This document shows, one piece after another, positions 1-8,936 of a stretch of DNA of 64,000 bases (positions within the stretch are counted from its first letter, which is position 1; every line of letters starts with the position of its first letter). The notes below the pieces were generated by a model that did not search any database, had not been told where the DNA came from, and was given only the letters and a program-made list of their open reading frames with translations. The position numbers and the translations under genes are program-made. Source of the DNA: an uncultured Collinsella sp. (GTDB lineage: Bacteria > Actinomycetota > Coriobacteriia > Coriobacteriales > Coriobacteriaceae). The stretch is from the NCBI GenBank assembly GCA_902462065.1, contig CABQAK010000004.1, positions 16,396 to 80,395 on the forward strand. Reading direction: 5' to 3'.

Positions 1-21
1 ACCTGTCCCTTTTTGGCAGGT
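1..21. repeat. Right arm plus loop of a conserved intergenic hairpin. The left arm lies outside the window.
   Basis: The 21-mer acctgtccctttttggcaggt is identical to 20561-20581, where it forms the loop and right arm of a 12-bp-stem hairpin. Confidence 0.6.
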
Positions 22-44
22 GCGCTAGTATAGGGAACAACAGA

Positions 45-142
45 TTCGATGCGGGAGTGCCGGCGGTGCAAACCACAAGGCTGAGAGGGCATGGGGCCCA
101 ATCCTTTGAACCTGTCAGTTAATGCTGGCGTAGGGAGCATGC
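45..142 (+). promoter_or_regulatory. TPP (THI-box) riboswitch
   Basis: The conserved THI-box core can be read directly: gggagtgcc ... ggctgagag ... atcctttgaacctgtcagttaatgctggcgtagggag. It sits immediately 5' of a thiamine salvage operon and is followed by a terminator hairpin. Confidence 0.85.
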
Positions 143-151
143 CGCCTTTAC

Positions 152-183
152 AGGGGCGCTGTCTATGCACAGCGCCCCTTTTC
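152..183 (+). terminator. Intrinsic terminator serving as the riboswitch expression platform
   Basis: Stem aggggcgctg (152-161) pairs with cagcgcccct (170-179). The loop is 8 nt and a tttt tract follows. Confidence 0.7.
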
Positions 184-204
184 TATGCCAAGGAGGCATG
201 TGCA

Positions 205-1044
205 GTGATTGATTCGGAACAGCTTAAGCAACATATGGTCAAGGCCGTGGAGGAGATTCGCACCACCAATCCGATGGCCGGCTCCATCACCAACACGGTG
301 ACGATCGACTTTGTCGCCAACGCGCAGCTCGCTGTGGGTGGATCGGCCGCCATGGTCTATCTTCCCGACGAGGGAGAGGCGCTCGTTGCCGGCGGCGGCG
401 CCATCTATCTCAATATGGGCACGCTCTTCCCCATCTACGAGCAGACGATTCCCCGCGCGGCCAAGGCGGCACACGACGCCGGCAAGCCCTGGGTGCTCGA
501 TCCGGTGGGCCTGGGCATCGGCAGTCTGCGCACCCAGTTGGTAAACGAGCTTAAGCAGTACAAGCCCGCCATCGTGCGCGGCAACGCCTCCGAGATCATC
601 GCGCTCGCCGGCCTGTGGGGTCTTGAGGGCGAGGCGGCCGATCTGAGCCGCGTGCGCGGTGTCGATACCACCGACACGGTAGACGCCGCCCGCGATGCCG
701 CCGTGGCGCTCGCCCGCTACACCGGCGGCGCCGTTGTGGTCTCGGGCGAAGTCGACCTGATTACCGACGGCACGACCGTGGCCAAGTCCCACGGCGGCAG
801 CCCGCTCATGTCCAAGATCACCGGCTGCGGTTGCTCGCAGGGCGGCGTGCTGGCCGTGTACGCCTGTGCCACCGACCCGTTTACGGCAGCCATCTGCGGC
901 ACCGCGGTCTACAACGTTGCCGGCACGCGTGCCGCCGCTGTCGCCGATGCCCCGGCAAGCTTTAAGGTCGCCTTTATCGATGAGCTCTACCGCGCGACCG
1001 CCCAAGATATCGCTGATAACCAACTCGAGCTCGAGGAGGCATAG
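205..1044 (+). CDS. thiM: Hydroxyethylthiazole kinase
   Basis: The ORF-track protein is ThiM-like along its full length (NPMAGSITNTVTIDFVANAQLAVGGSAAM, VRGNASEI, GCGC). I chose the GTG at 205 because aaggagg lies 8 nt upstream. The track start at 91 falls inside the riboswitch. Confidence 0.88.
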   Translation: MIDSEQLKQHMVKAVEEIRTTNPMAGSITNTVTIDFVANAQLAVGGSAAMVYLPDEGEALVAGGGAIYLNMGTLFPIYEQTIPRAAKAAHDAGKPWVLDPVGLGIGSLRTQLVNELKQYKPAIVRGNASEIIALAGLWGLEGEAADLSRVRGVDTTDTVDAARDAAVALARYTGGAVVVSGEVDLITDGTTVAKSHGGSPLMSKITGCGCSQGGVLAVYACATDPFTAAICGTAVYNVAGTRAAAVADAPASFKVAFIDELYRATAQDIADNQLELEEA

Positions 1045-1047
1045 GCC

Positions 1048-1389
1048 ATGTCCGAGCCCGCAACTGCTGCCGGAATGAACACACTCGTCGCCGTGGCCAT
1101 CGCCCCGTGCGGCACCGGCGATGAGCTGTCCGCTGAGGTCGCCGAGGTCGTGCGTGTCATTCGCGAGAGCGGCCTTCCCAACCGCACCACCTCGATGTTC
1201 ACCGAAATCGAGGGCGACTGGGACGAGGTCATGCAGGTCGTGCGCGACGCAACCTTTGTGTTGGCGAGCAAGGGAATCCGCACCGAAGTCGTGCTCAAAG
1301 CCGATATTCGACCCGGATTTACCGACACCATGACCGGCAAGCTCGAGCGCATGGAAGCTCAGATCAAAAAGCAGGAGGAAACACGATGA
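1048..1389 (+). CDS. MTH1187/YkoF-family thiamine-binding protein (DUF77-like)
   Basis: 113 aa with an ACT-like repeat pattern (VAIAPCGTGDELSAEV..V..I..SGL; TEIEGDWDEVMQVVRD). It is embedded in the thi operon and its stop overlaps the thiE ATG (ATGA). Confidence 0.7.
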   Translation: MSEPATAAGMNTLVAVAIAPCGTGDELSAEVAEVVRVIRESGLPNRTTSMFTEIEGDWDEVMQVVRDATFVLASKGIRTEVVLKADIRPGFTDTMTGKLERMEAQIKKQEETR

Positions 1390-2081
1390 GTATCCGCGAC
1401 AACCTTGATATCTCGGCCTATCTGGTGCTCGGCCCCGAAAACACGCTCGGGCGCCCCGTGGGCGATGTGGTGGCCCAGGCACTCGACGCCGGCTTTACCT
1501 GCATCCAGGTGCGCTCCAAGGTGGCAAGCGCCCGCGAGATCATTGCGCTGACCGGCGACGCCGCGCAGGCAATCGCACAGGCCGGCAAGACCGGTCAGGT
1601 CGCTTTGCTGATTGACGACCGCCTGGACTGCGTACTCGCCGCGCGCGAGCAGGGCATTGCTGTCGACGGCGTGCACGTGGGTCAGAGCGACATTCCCGTC
1701 GAGGTCTGTCGCAAGTTGCTGGGGCCCGACGCCATCGTGGGCCTTTCCGCCCGTTGCGAGGAGATGCTCGAGTACGTCAAGACCGCCGACATGAGCCTAG
1801 TCGACTACCTGGGCATCGGCCCACTCCACGAGACCGAGACCAAGCGCGACTGCGGACGCGCGGCCGACGGCTCTATCATCACCAAGAGCTTTGAGGACCT
1901 GGCCGCCCTCCACGCGGCAAGCCCCGTGCCCATCGTGGTGGGCGGCGGCGTCAAGACGGCCGACCTGCCGCAGCTCAAGGCCACCGGCGTCGATGGCTTC
2001 TTTGTGGTGAGCGCCGTCTGCAGCGCTGATGACCCCTACGCCGCCGCCAAGGAGCTCGTCGACACCTGGCAGCAGGCGTAA
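1386..2081 (+). CDS. thiE: Thiamine-phosphate synthase
   Basis: 231 aa and ThiE-like (CIQVRSK, GVHVGQSD, YLGIGPLHET.TK, VVGGGV). Confidence 0.88.
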   Translation: MSIRDNLDISAYLVLGPENTLGRPVGDVVAQALDAGFTCIQVRSKVASAREIIALTGDAAQAIAQAGKTGQVALLIDDRLDCVLAAREQGIAVDGVHVGQSDIPVEVCRKLLGPDAIVGLSARCEEMLEYVKTADMSLVDYLGIGPLHETETKRDCGRAADGSIITKSFEDLAALHAASPVPIVVGGGVKTADLPQLKATGVDGFFVVSAVCSADDPYAAAKELVDTWQQA

Positions 2082-2125
2082 GTCTAAGCCGAGCAGTTGC
2101 TCCGCAGCCCCATAACTTCAGCAAT

Positions 2126-2171
2126 GGAAAGCGCATCCCAGTTTGAGCCTCCATTCTGGGATGCGCTTTCC
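2126..2171. terminator. Bidirectional terminator hairpin between convergent thiE and the patatin gene
   Basis: A 16-bp perfect stem: ggaaagcgcatcccag pairs with ctgggatgcgctttcc. Confidence 0.6.
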
Positions 2172-2193
2172 GCCGAGATGGCGGCGGCAGCCT

Positions 2194-3063
2194 CTACCCT
2201 GCCAGATATGCCTCCAGTGCCGGCAAGGTCGCCTCCGCATCGCGGCGACCAATCTGGTAGATGCGCTCAAGTTCATCGGGCTCGCGGCACAGCGACGGCA
2301 CTTTCACCGATTCGCTCGGACGCACCACAAAGATCTCGCCGGCAGCCTCGCGACGTGCCAGGTCATCGAGCGTGGCATTGTAGACCTCATGCCGATGCTC
2401 AAGCGCTGCGACAAACTCCGGATAGTGACGGAACACGCGACGCAGCATGGGCATCACGCTGTTGGGCTGCTTCACAAAGCCCGCCGGCTGCGTGAGTACC
2501 ACGATATTGCGGTCATACCCCTGCGCAAACAGCCACGCGCTGGGAATAGAATCAGCCACGCCACCATCCAGATACTTATGCCCGTCAATAGCAACGGGAC
2601 GCGTCGCCACGGGAATTGCCGACGACGCCCGAATCAACTCGATATCGCGCTCGTCGCCATACGGCAGATCGTGATAGACGGCCTTGCCCGTCTCGATATC
2701 GGTACACACGCACGTAAATCGCATGGGACAGGTGCGATACGCCTCCAAGTCGATGGGATCGCGCTCGATAGGCACCTCGTGATAAGCAAAGTCGGCATTG
2801 TACATATCGCCGGTCCGCAGCCAGCTGGTCACGCTCGCATAGCGCTTGTCGGCGCAATAGGCCTTGTTATAGCGAATGGCGCGGCCGATCTGGCGCGATT
2901 TAAAGTTGTAGCCAAATGCCGCGCCCGCCGAGACGCCCACCATATGGTCGCAGGTCAAACCGTGCTCCATCCAAACGTCGAGCACGCCCGCCGTATACAT
3001 ACCGCGGTAGCCGCCTCCCTCGAGCGCCAGCCCCACCGTGCGCGTCATATTTGACTGTGCCAT
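2194..3063 (-). CDS. Patatin-like phospholipase
   Basis: Contains the GGGYRG oxyanion motif, the GVSAGA (GxSxG) nucleophile and a DGG motif. I chose the ATG at 3063, which follows ggaga. The track start at 3147 adds 28 unlikely residues. Confidence 0.85.
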   Translation of the reverse strand: MAQSNMTRTVGLALEGGGYRGMYTAGVLDVWMEHGLTCDHMVGVSAGAAFGYNFKSRQIGRAIRYNKAYCADKRYASVTSWLRTGDMYNADFAYHEVPIERDPIDLEAYRTCPMRFTCVCTDIETGKAVYHDLPYGDERDIELIRASSAIPVATRPVAIDGHKYLDGGVADSIPSAWLFAQGYDRNIVVLTQPAGFVKQPNSVMPMLRRVFRHYPEFVAALEHRHEVYNATLDDLARREAAGEIFVVRPSESVKVPSLCREPDELERIYQIGRRDAEATLPALEAYLAG

Positions 3064-3387
3064 GCGACCATCTCCGTTCCTGCGTTTTAAAACGGGACAA
3101 GTATACCCGTCAACATATATCGTCCCAGTCGCATTTTTATCGAACATCGCATCGTCGCGCTACCGCTTGTCGAATAATAGCCGCCCACAGCATGTGCACC
3201 CATATATAATTGTGCACTATTGTTTACACTACTCAGCTGTTATCAACAGCGAACATTAGCCGGCAAATTAACTCAACAACGCGGCAAGGCGGGGGCCTGG
3301 ATACATGCAAAGCGCTGAGCAACGACGCGTGTACACAACGAGCTCGCCCGACGCAATCCGCCCCGACCTCAGAAAGTCGCTTAGAAC

Positions 3388-6105
3388 ATGGAAACTGTCA
3401 GCAATTACACCGAAACGCTCGAAAAGACCGTCCGCGACCTTCTCGAACGGCAGGAGGATCTGATCAGGACTGCCTTTACCGACCAGCTTACCGGGCTTGG
3501 CAACCGTGGCGGCTTTGCCCGTTCCCTCGAGGAGCTCTGGGAGCAGGACGCCCCCGTTACCATGGCGTTCATCGATATCGACAATCTCAAGCACTGCAAC
3601 GACGTCTTTGGGCATGACGAGGGCAACCGCTATATCTTGCAGGTAAGTCTCTATCTTAAGCTGTATATGAAGGTGGGCGAAGCGGCGTTTCGCATAGGCG
3701 GCGACGAGTTTGCCATCCTATCTACGATTGCAACCGAGGACGACCTCGCCGAACGTCTGAAACACTGCCGAACGGTTCTGCTCAAAAACAACGATTCCGA
3801 GATGCCCCACTCGTTTAGCTACGGAGTGTCACATGCCGACCCCGCCCTGGGCGAAGGTTCCAATCGCATGACGCTCGATGCCGACCATCGCATGTACGAC
3901 TACAAGCTACGTCATGCCATGCACCTCGATCGACGCAATATCACGCAAGTCCACGCCGACGACTTCGAAATAAGCGATCGTATTTTTGACGCCTTTTCGA
4001 TGCTCAACGAGGGCCGTTATTTCTTTATCGAGAACTTGGACAAACATCGCACCCTTTGGTCACAAGGTGCCTTGCGCGATCTTGGCCTTCCCTCGGAGCA
4101 CATAGACAACTGTCGCGATTACTGGAAAACGCGCGTCCATCCCGACGACCTTGAGGCCTGCATCAACGACATCGACCAAGTCTACAACGGCACCAAGCAC
4201 CGTCGCGTCATGCAGTATCGTGTGCGCAACGCCGTCGGCGACTACGTCCTTTGCCGTGCTCGCGGGTTTCGTATCGACGGCGACGGAAATGTCCCCTCGC
4301 TCTATGTCGGCGAGCTCGTCAACCACTCACTTGCCGAAACCGTCGACGCCGCCACAGGCCTCGGAACGCAGCGCATGCTGGTCAACGCCATCGACGCCTG
4401 CCGCCGCGATCGTTGCGAGACAGGGCTTATAGCGGTGCGCGTTCGTGGCACGACAAAACTCAACGAGCTCTACGGGGCCGAGGCTGTCGACAACATGCTT
4501 GCCGAATACGCAGGCCGCATGCTGTCGATCACCCGCGGCAGGAGCCGGGTCTACCGTTCACGAAGCGTCCAGTTCGTCGTGCTCAGCAACGAACTAGACC
4601 ACGAGGCATTCGAGCAACTGACCCGCCACCTTAAAGAGGCCGTTTTCGCTCCTGTTCGAATCGCAGGCGACACCATTACTCCCGTCTGCCTTGTCGTCCC
4701 GGCCTTTTACGAGCACTTAACCCATCAAGCGACCGCCGTTTTAGGCGAACTCGACCGTCGCCTTCGCACGGCCGGCGGGCTTGTTCCCAACGACAGCCTC
4801 CCCATACCCGAGGCGGAGCGCAAAAGCGCCATAGCCGAACGTATCGACTCGCTCACGGGCCTCTATCGACCCAGCGAGTTTATGCGGCGCGCCAACGCAT
4901 TTCTCGAGGCAAGGCGCAACGGCACCTGGTGCATCGCCACAGTCGACATGGGCCACATGCGCCTGTTTAATGAATGGCACGGCCAGGCCGAGGGCGACCG
5001 CGTACTCGCCGATGTGGGCACGGTCCTCAAGGACATCGAGAATGCCGATATGGGCGTCGCAGGGTACTGGGGCCAAGATGACTTTTGTGTACTCATCCCC
5101 TTTAAGCACATCACCGTCCATCAAATCTACAACCGCGTTCGCGAGGCCGTAGCCAGACATGATGACGGCGTAGGTTTTTGGCCGTCCATGGGCGTTTACC
5201 CCATCGACTCCAATGAGGAAATCACCATCGATGCGCAGGCAAAGGCCATGTTTACCAATCGACGCGCAAAAAACGACTTTAAGGAGCGCATTGCTATTTT
5301 CCGCCCCGCGGAGTACGAGCGCGAAGTCGCGTTCCACCGCACGCTGACCGAATTCCAGTACGCGCTGTCAAATGGTCGCATCACGTACTATCTTCAGCCC
5401 CAGGTCGATATGGAAACCGGCGAGATTATTGGCGCCGAAGCACTCACCCGCCGGATTGACAAGGACGGCTCTCTCATTTCGCCCGCAACGTTTATCCCCG
5501 CACTCGAGGAAAGCGGCTTTGTAGTGACGCTCGACAAGTACATTTGGCAGGGTGTCGCCATATGGCTTCGCGAGCGTCTCGATCGCCGTCTTCGCGTGGT
5601 TCCGGTCTCGCTTAATGTGTCGCGCGTGGATATCCTTGCCTGCGACGTTGCCGAACATATGGGGGCGCTCGCCGCCCAATACAACCTACCGCCCGAGCTC
5701 ATGCGTATCGAGATCACCGAGACGGCTTATACGGGAGAATCCGAGGCCGTGGATAAGCTGACCGCAGATCTGCACACCCGCGGCTTCTCGACCTATATGG
5801 ACGATTTTGGCACCGGTCAGTCCACGCTCGCGATGCTCAAGAACGTCAACGTCGACGTCATCAAGCTCGACCGCACCTTTGTGCCCACCGACCGCGATCA
5901 AGGCCGCAGCACGCAAATCATTTCATCGATGCTCGAAATGGCGCAGTCGCTCCATCTGCCCGTCGTGGTCGAAGGCGTCGAGACAAATGAGCAGGCAAAC
6001 ATGCTACGACAAATGGGCGCCCGCTACGCTCAGGGCTTCCTCTACTACCGCCCCATGCCTGCGAAGGATTTTGAGGCATTGCTCGATGGTGGCAATAACA
6101 ACTGA
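3388..6105 (+). CDS. GGDEF - PAS - degenerate GGDEF - EAL signalling protein
   Basis: N-terminal FRIGGDEF domain, a PAS-like middle region, a second domain with GQDDF, and EAL-domain motifs (EALTR, EITE, DDFGTG, KLDRTF, EGVET, QGF). Confidence 0.9.
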   Translation: METVSNYTETLEKTVRDLLERQEDLIRTAFTDQLTGLGNRGGFARSLEELWEQDAPVTMAFIDIDNLKHCNDVFGHDEGNRYILQVSLYLKLYMKVGEAAFRIGGDEFAILSTIATEDDLAERLKHCRTVLLKNNDSEMPHSFSYGVSHADPALGEGSNRMTLDADHRMYDYKLRHAMHLDRRNITQVHADDFEISDRIFDAFSMLNEGRYFFIENLDKHRTLWSQGALRDLGLPSEHIDNCRDYWKTRVHPDDLEACINDIDQVYNGTKHRRVMQYRVRNAVGDYVLCRARGFRIDGDGNVPSLYVGELVNHSLAETVDAATGLGTQRMLVNAIDACRRDRCETGLIAVRVRGTTKLNELYGAEAVDNMLAEYAGRMLSITRGRSRVYRSRSVQFVVLSNELDHEAFEQLTRHLKEAVFAPVRIAGDTITPVCLVVPAFYEHLTHQATAVLGELDRRLRTAGGLVPNDSLPIPEAERKSAIAERIDSLTGLYRPSEFMRRANAFLEARRNGTWCIATVDMGHMRLFNEWHGQAEGDRVLADVGTVLKDIENADMGVAGYWGQDDFCVLIPFKHITVHQIYNRVREAVARHDDGVGFWPSMGVYPIDSNEEITIDAQAKAMFTNRRAKNDFKERIAIFRPAEYEREVAFHRTLTEFQYALSNGRITYYLQPQVDMETGEIIGAEALTRRIDKDGSLISPATFIPALEESGFVVTLDKYIWQGVAIWLRERLDRRLRVVPVSLNVSRVDILACDVAEHMGALAAQYNLPPELMRIEITETAYTGESEAVDKLTADLHTRGFSTYMDDFGTGQSTLAMLKNVNVDVIKLDRTFVPTDRDQGRSTQIISSMLEMAQSLHLPVVVEGVETNEQANMLRQMGARYAQGFLYYRPMPAKDFEALLDGGNNN

Positions 6106-6163
6106 TACGCTCGCGCGCAAAACGCCACCGTCGAAGGGGACATTTGTCTCCATTAGCTAACTT

Positions 6164-6194
6164 ATATCCCCAATTCAAACCGAATTGGGGATAT
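6164..6194 (+). terminator. Terminator hairpin
   Basis: A 13-bp perfect stem: atatccccaattc pairs with gaattggggatat. Confidence 0.6.
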
Positions 6195-6232
6195 GATACA
6201 AACCGTTGTTCCGCCCAAGGAGGTTATCCATC

Positions 6233-7762
6233 ATGAACGAGTCATATCGCCTGGGCGAGCAATCGATTATTGCCTATCTTCAGCGACTTGCGAACGGCGT
6301 CTCGACCGCTGAACTCGATGTTGCCGCGCTGCCTGCTGAGCTACGCGCCGTTGGTGAGCAACTGCAAAAGACGCATGCCATCCTGCAACAAGAGCGCCAG
6401 CTGCTTGAGCGCAACGCCTATATCGATCCGCTCACCAACTTGGGCAACCGCAACGGATTCGACCGTCACGTCGAGCAACTCTGGCGCAAAGGCGACCCCT
6501 TCACCTGCGCCTATATTGACATCGACCATCTCAAGCATTGCAACGATAGGTTTGGCCACGCCGAAGGCAATCGCTATATTCTGAGCATCTGCCGCACGCT
6601 CTCCGAAACCATGGAGCACGATGAGATGCTGTTCCGTATCGGTGGAGACGAGTTTGTGCTCATCTCGCCCTCCGCAAACGAGATTGAACTCGAGCGGCGC
6701 TTGGAGCAGGTACGTACCAGGCTGATCGAGGCGAGCTCAGGTGGCAAGGCGCCCATGATCGGCAGCTTTAGCTTTGGCTGCTCGCGCGTCGATCCACTTG
6801 CTGGCGACACGCGTCGCCAGATGACGATGGATGCCGATCGCAAGATGTATCGCTATAAGCTTATGCATCGTGTGCAGCAACCGAAAGACGATGACGCGCC
6901 GCAACGCCCAATCGTCGACCAGCTTCCCTGCAACGACCGGGTGTTCCAAGCGATCTCCATGAGCTCCGAGACGCGCTATCCGTTTATCCTCAATCTCGAT
7001 ACGGGAGAATCGCAATGGTCGGTTAACGCCGTGCGCGATTTTGACCTGCCCTCCCAGCACCCTTTTAACTCACTCGACATGTGGCTCGCCCGCGTTCATC
7101 CCGAGGACCGCGACAACGTACGTGCCGAGCTCGACATGGTGATAAACGGCACGTGGCACTTCCACTACATGCAGTATCGCGTAATGGATGCCACCGGAAA
7201 ATACGTGCTTTGCGACTGCACGGGCTACCGCTTGGACGGCACCGATACCGAGCCCGGCATGTATGTGGGCATTATCATCAACCGAAGCTTGGCAGATACG
7301 ACCGATTCCGTGACCGGCTTGGGCGATATTCACGCCCTGGTCAACGCCATTGGCGAAATGCGTCGCGTGGCGCGCAAGGCTGGTTTGATCGCCATCAAAA
7401 TCGACGATATCGCTCAGGTCAATGCCCGCTTTGGCTTTGATGCGGGCGACCGCGTTTTGGCAGAAAGCGCCGCCTGCCTCATGGAATGCTCGCGCGGCAA
7501 GGGTCGCCTGTTCCGCTCGACGGGGCCGACGTTCGCGGCGCTTTTCGACGACTTTGATCCCGAAGAGACCGACGCGATCGCAGAAGAAATCGAGCGGTTC
7601 CTGGGTTCTCCCGTACTCATCGGCTCGCTTGAATATCAGCCACCCATTCGTGTGGCGACACTTCATCTGGACGCTGTCGATCGACAGCCCGTTTCCATTT
7701 TGAACGAGCTCAAAGCGCGGCTTATAGAGGCACCGCAAGTACCGGGCACCAAGCTGGACTAG
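6233..7762 (+). CDS. GGDEF - PAS - degenerate GGDEF-like protein, a paralog of the upstream gene without the EAL domain
   Basis: Shares LTNLGNRNGF, IDIDHLKHCNDRFGHAEGNRYI and FRIGGDEF with the upstream gene. The ATG at 6233 lies 9 nt after aaggagg. Confidence 0.85.
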   Translation: MNESYRLGEQSIIAYLQRLANGVSTAELDVAALPAELRAVGEQLQKTHAILQQERQLLERNAYIDPLTNLGNRNGFDRHVEQLWRKGDPFTCAYIDIDHLKHCNDRFGHAEGNRYILSICRTLSETMEHDEMLFRIGGDEFVLISPSANEIELERRLEQVRTRLIEASSGGKAPMIGSFSFGCSRVDPLAGDTRRQMTMDADRKMYRYKLMHRVQQPKDDDAPQRPIVDQLPCNDRVFQAISMSSETRYPFILNLDTGESQWSVNAVRDFDLPSQHPFNSLDMWLARVHPEDRDNVRAELDMVINGTWHFHYMQYRVMDATGKYVLCDCTGYRLDGTDTEPGMYVGIIINRSLADTTDSVTGLGDIHALVNAIGEMRRVARKAGLIAIKIDDIAQVNARFGFDAGDRVLAESAACLMECSRGKGRLFRSTGPTFAALFDDFDPEETDAIAEEIERFLGSPVLIGSLEYQPPIRVATLHLDAVDRQPVSILNELKARLIEAPQVPGTKLD

Positions 7763-7767
7763 CGTTG

Positions 7768-7810
7768 TGGGGCGCGACGTGAAACACAAGCCGTTTCACA
7801 TCGCGCCCCA
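7768..7810 (+). terminator. Terminator hairpin
   Basis: An 18-bp stem with one mismatch: tggggcgcgacgtgaaac pairs with gtttcacatcgcgcccca. Confidence 0.55.
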
Positions 7811-7873
7811 CGCCATCTGCCCTCTCGTGCGATAATCCTCCGCAGAAGTCACCGACAGCAGAGGGAGTTTGTG

Positions 7874-8497
7874 ATGAAGGTTCTTTTGGTCAATGGCAGT
7901 CCCAAGGCAAACGGCAACACCGCCCGCGCACTCGCCGAGGTCGCCGAGCAGCTCAATGCCGAAGGCATTGATACCGAGGTGTTTCAGCTGGGCGCCAAGC
8001 CCATTCGCGACTGCATCGGCTGCGGTCAGTGCGGCAAACTTGGCGGTCGCTGTACCTTTGACGACGACGTGGTGAACGAGCTCATCGCTGCCGCCGAGCA
8101 GGCAGATGGCTTTGTCTTTGGCTCACCTGTCTACTATGCGCACCCCAGCGGCCGCATCCTTTCGGCCCTCGATCGCGCCTTCTATGCGGGCGGGCATGCC
8201 TTTGAGCACAAACCCGGCGCCGCAGTCGCCGTCGCCCGCCGCGGCGGCACGTCGACCACCTTCGATGTGCTCAACAAGTACTTCACCATTAAGCAAATGC
8301 CCGTAGTTGCCTCCACCTACTGGAACAACGTATTTGGCCGCGTGCCCGGCGACGCCGATGGGGATGCCGAGGGCCTTGCCACCATGCGAAACATCGGCAA
8401 GAACATGGCCTGGCTCCTGCGCTGCATCGAGGCAGGTCAGGCCGCCGGTATCAACGCACCCGAGGCAGATCGAGCAACGACCAACTTCATCAGGTAG
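7874..8497 (+). CDS. Flavodoxin-like NAD(P)H-dependent FMN reductase / iron-sulfur flavoprotein family
   Basis: MKVLLVNGSPKANGNT at the N-terminus plus a Cys cluster (CIGCGQCGKLGGRC). The ATG lies 6 nt after gagggag. Confidence 0.75.
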   Translation: MKVLLVNGSPKANGNTARALAEVAEQLNAEGIDTEVFQLGAKPIRDCIGCGQCGKLGGRCTFDDDVVNELIAAAEQADGFVFGSPVYYAHPSGRILSALDRAFYAGGHAFEHKPGAAVAVARRGGTSTTFDVLNKYFTIKQMPVVASTYWNNVFGRVPGDADGDAEGLATMRNIGKNMAWLLRCIEAGQAAGINAPEADRATTNFIR

Positions 8498-8508
8498 AAC
8501 GGTGGAAC

Positions 8509-8850
8509 ATGAATATCCAGATTTTTGGCACCAAAAAGTCGTTCGACACCAAGAAGGCCCAGCGCTATTTTAAGGAGCGCCGCATTAAGGTGCAGTTTAT
8601 TGACCTTAGGGAAAAGGAAATGAGCAAAGGCGAGCTCACGAGCGTGATGCAGGCGGTCGGCGGCATCGACAAGCTGCTCAACCCCAAAGCCAAGGACGAG
8701 GAGACGCTCGCGCTCATCCAGCACCTCACCCCCAGCCAGCGCTTTGACAAGCTGCTCGAGAATCAGCAGGTTCTAGCCGAGCCCATCGTGCGCAACGGCA
8801 AAAAGGCCACCGTCGGTTATTGCCCCGATGTGTGGGGAGCCTGGGAGTAG
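8509..8850 (+). CDS. ArsC/Spx/MgsR-family protein, a Cys-less N-terminal variant
   Basis: 113 aa. IQIFGTKKSFDTKKAQRYF aligns to the ArsC-family IYG.K.C..C.KA motif, with both Cys residues replaced. Confidence 0.7.
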   Translation: MNIQIFGTKKSFDTKKAQRYFKERRIKVQFIDLREKEMSKGELTSVMQAVGGIDKLLNPKAKDEETLALIQHLTPSQRFDKLLENQQVLAEPIVRNGKKATVGYCPDVWGAWE

Positions 8851-8936
8851 CCTGTGTTATTTGCCGGCGCGTGGGTATAAGAGCAGGCGTTTGGCATAAG
8901 ATTTAACTGTAAGCCATGTCTAACAAAGGAGGGCAC

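Noticed and set aside
163-1482. 439-aa ORF antisense to thiM and the ykoF-like gene
   Set aside because: Its composition is Arg/Gly/Ala/His-rich and it has no motifs. It lies exactly opposite well-supported genes, which is the typical shadow-ORF pattern in roughly 60% GC DNA.
3250-3387. c-di-GMP (GEMM-I) riboswitch upstream of the first GGDEF gene
   Set aside because: Only short ACGCAA / GCAAAGC fragments resemble the motif. I could not draw the two-hairpin tetraloop/receptor architecture.
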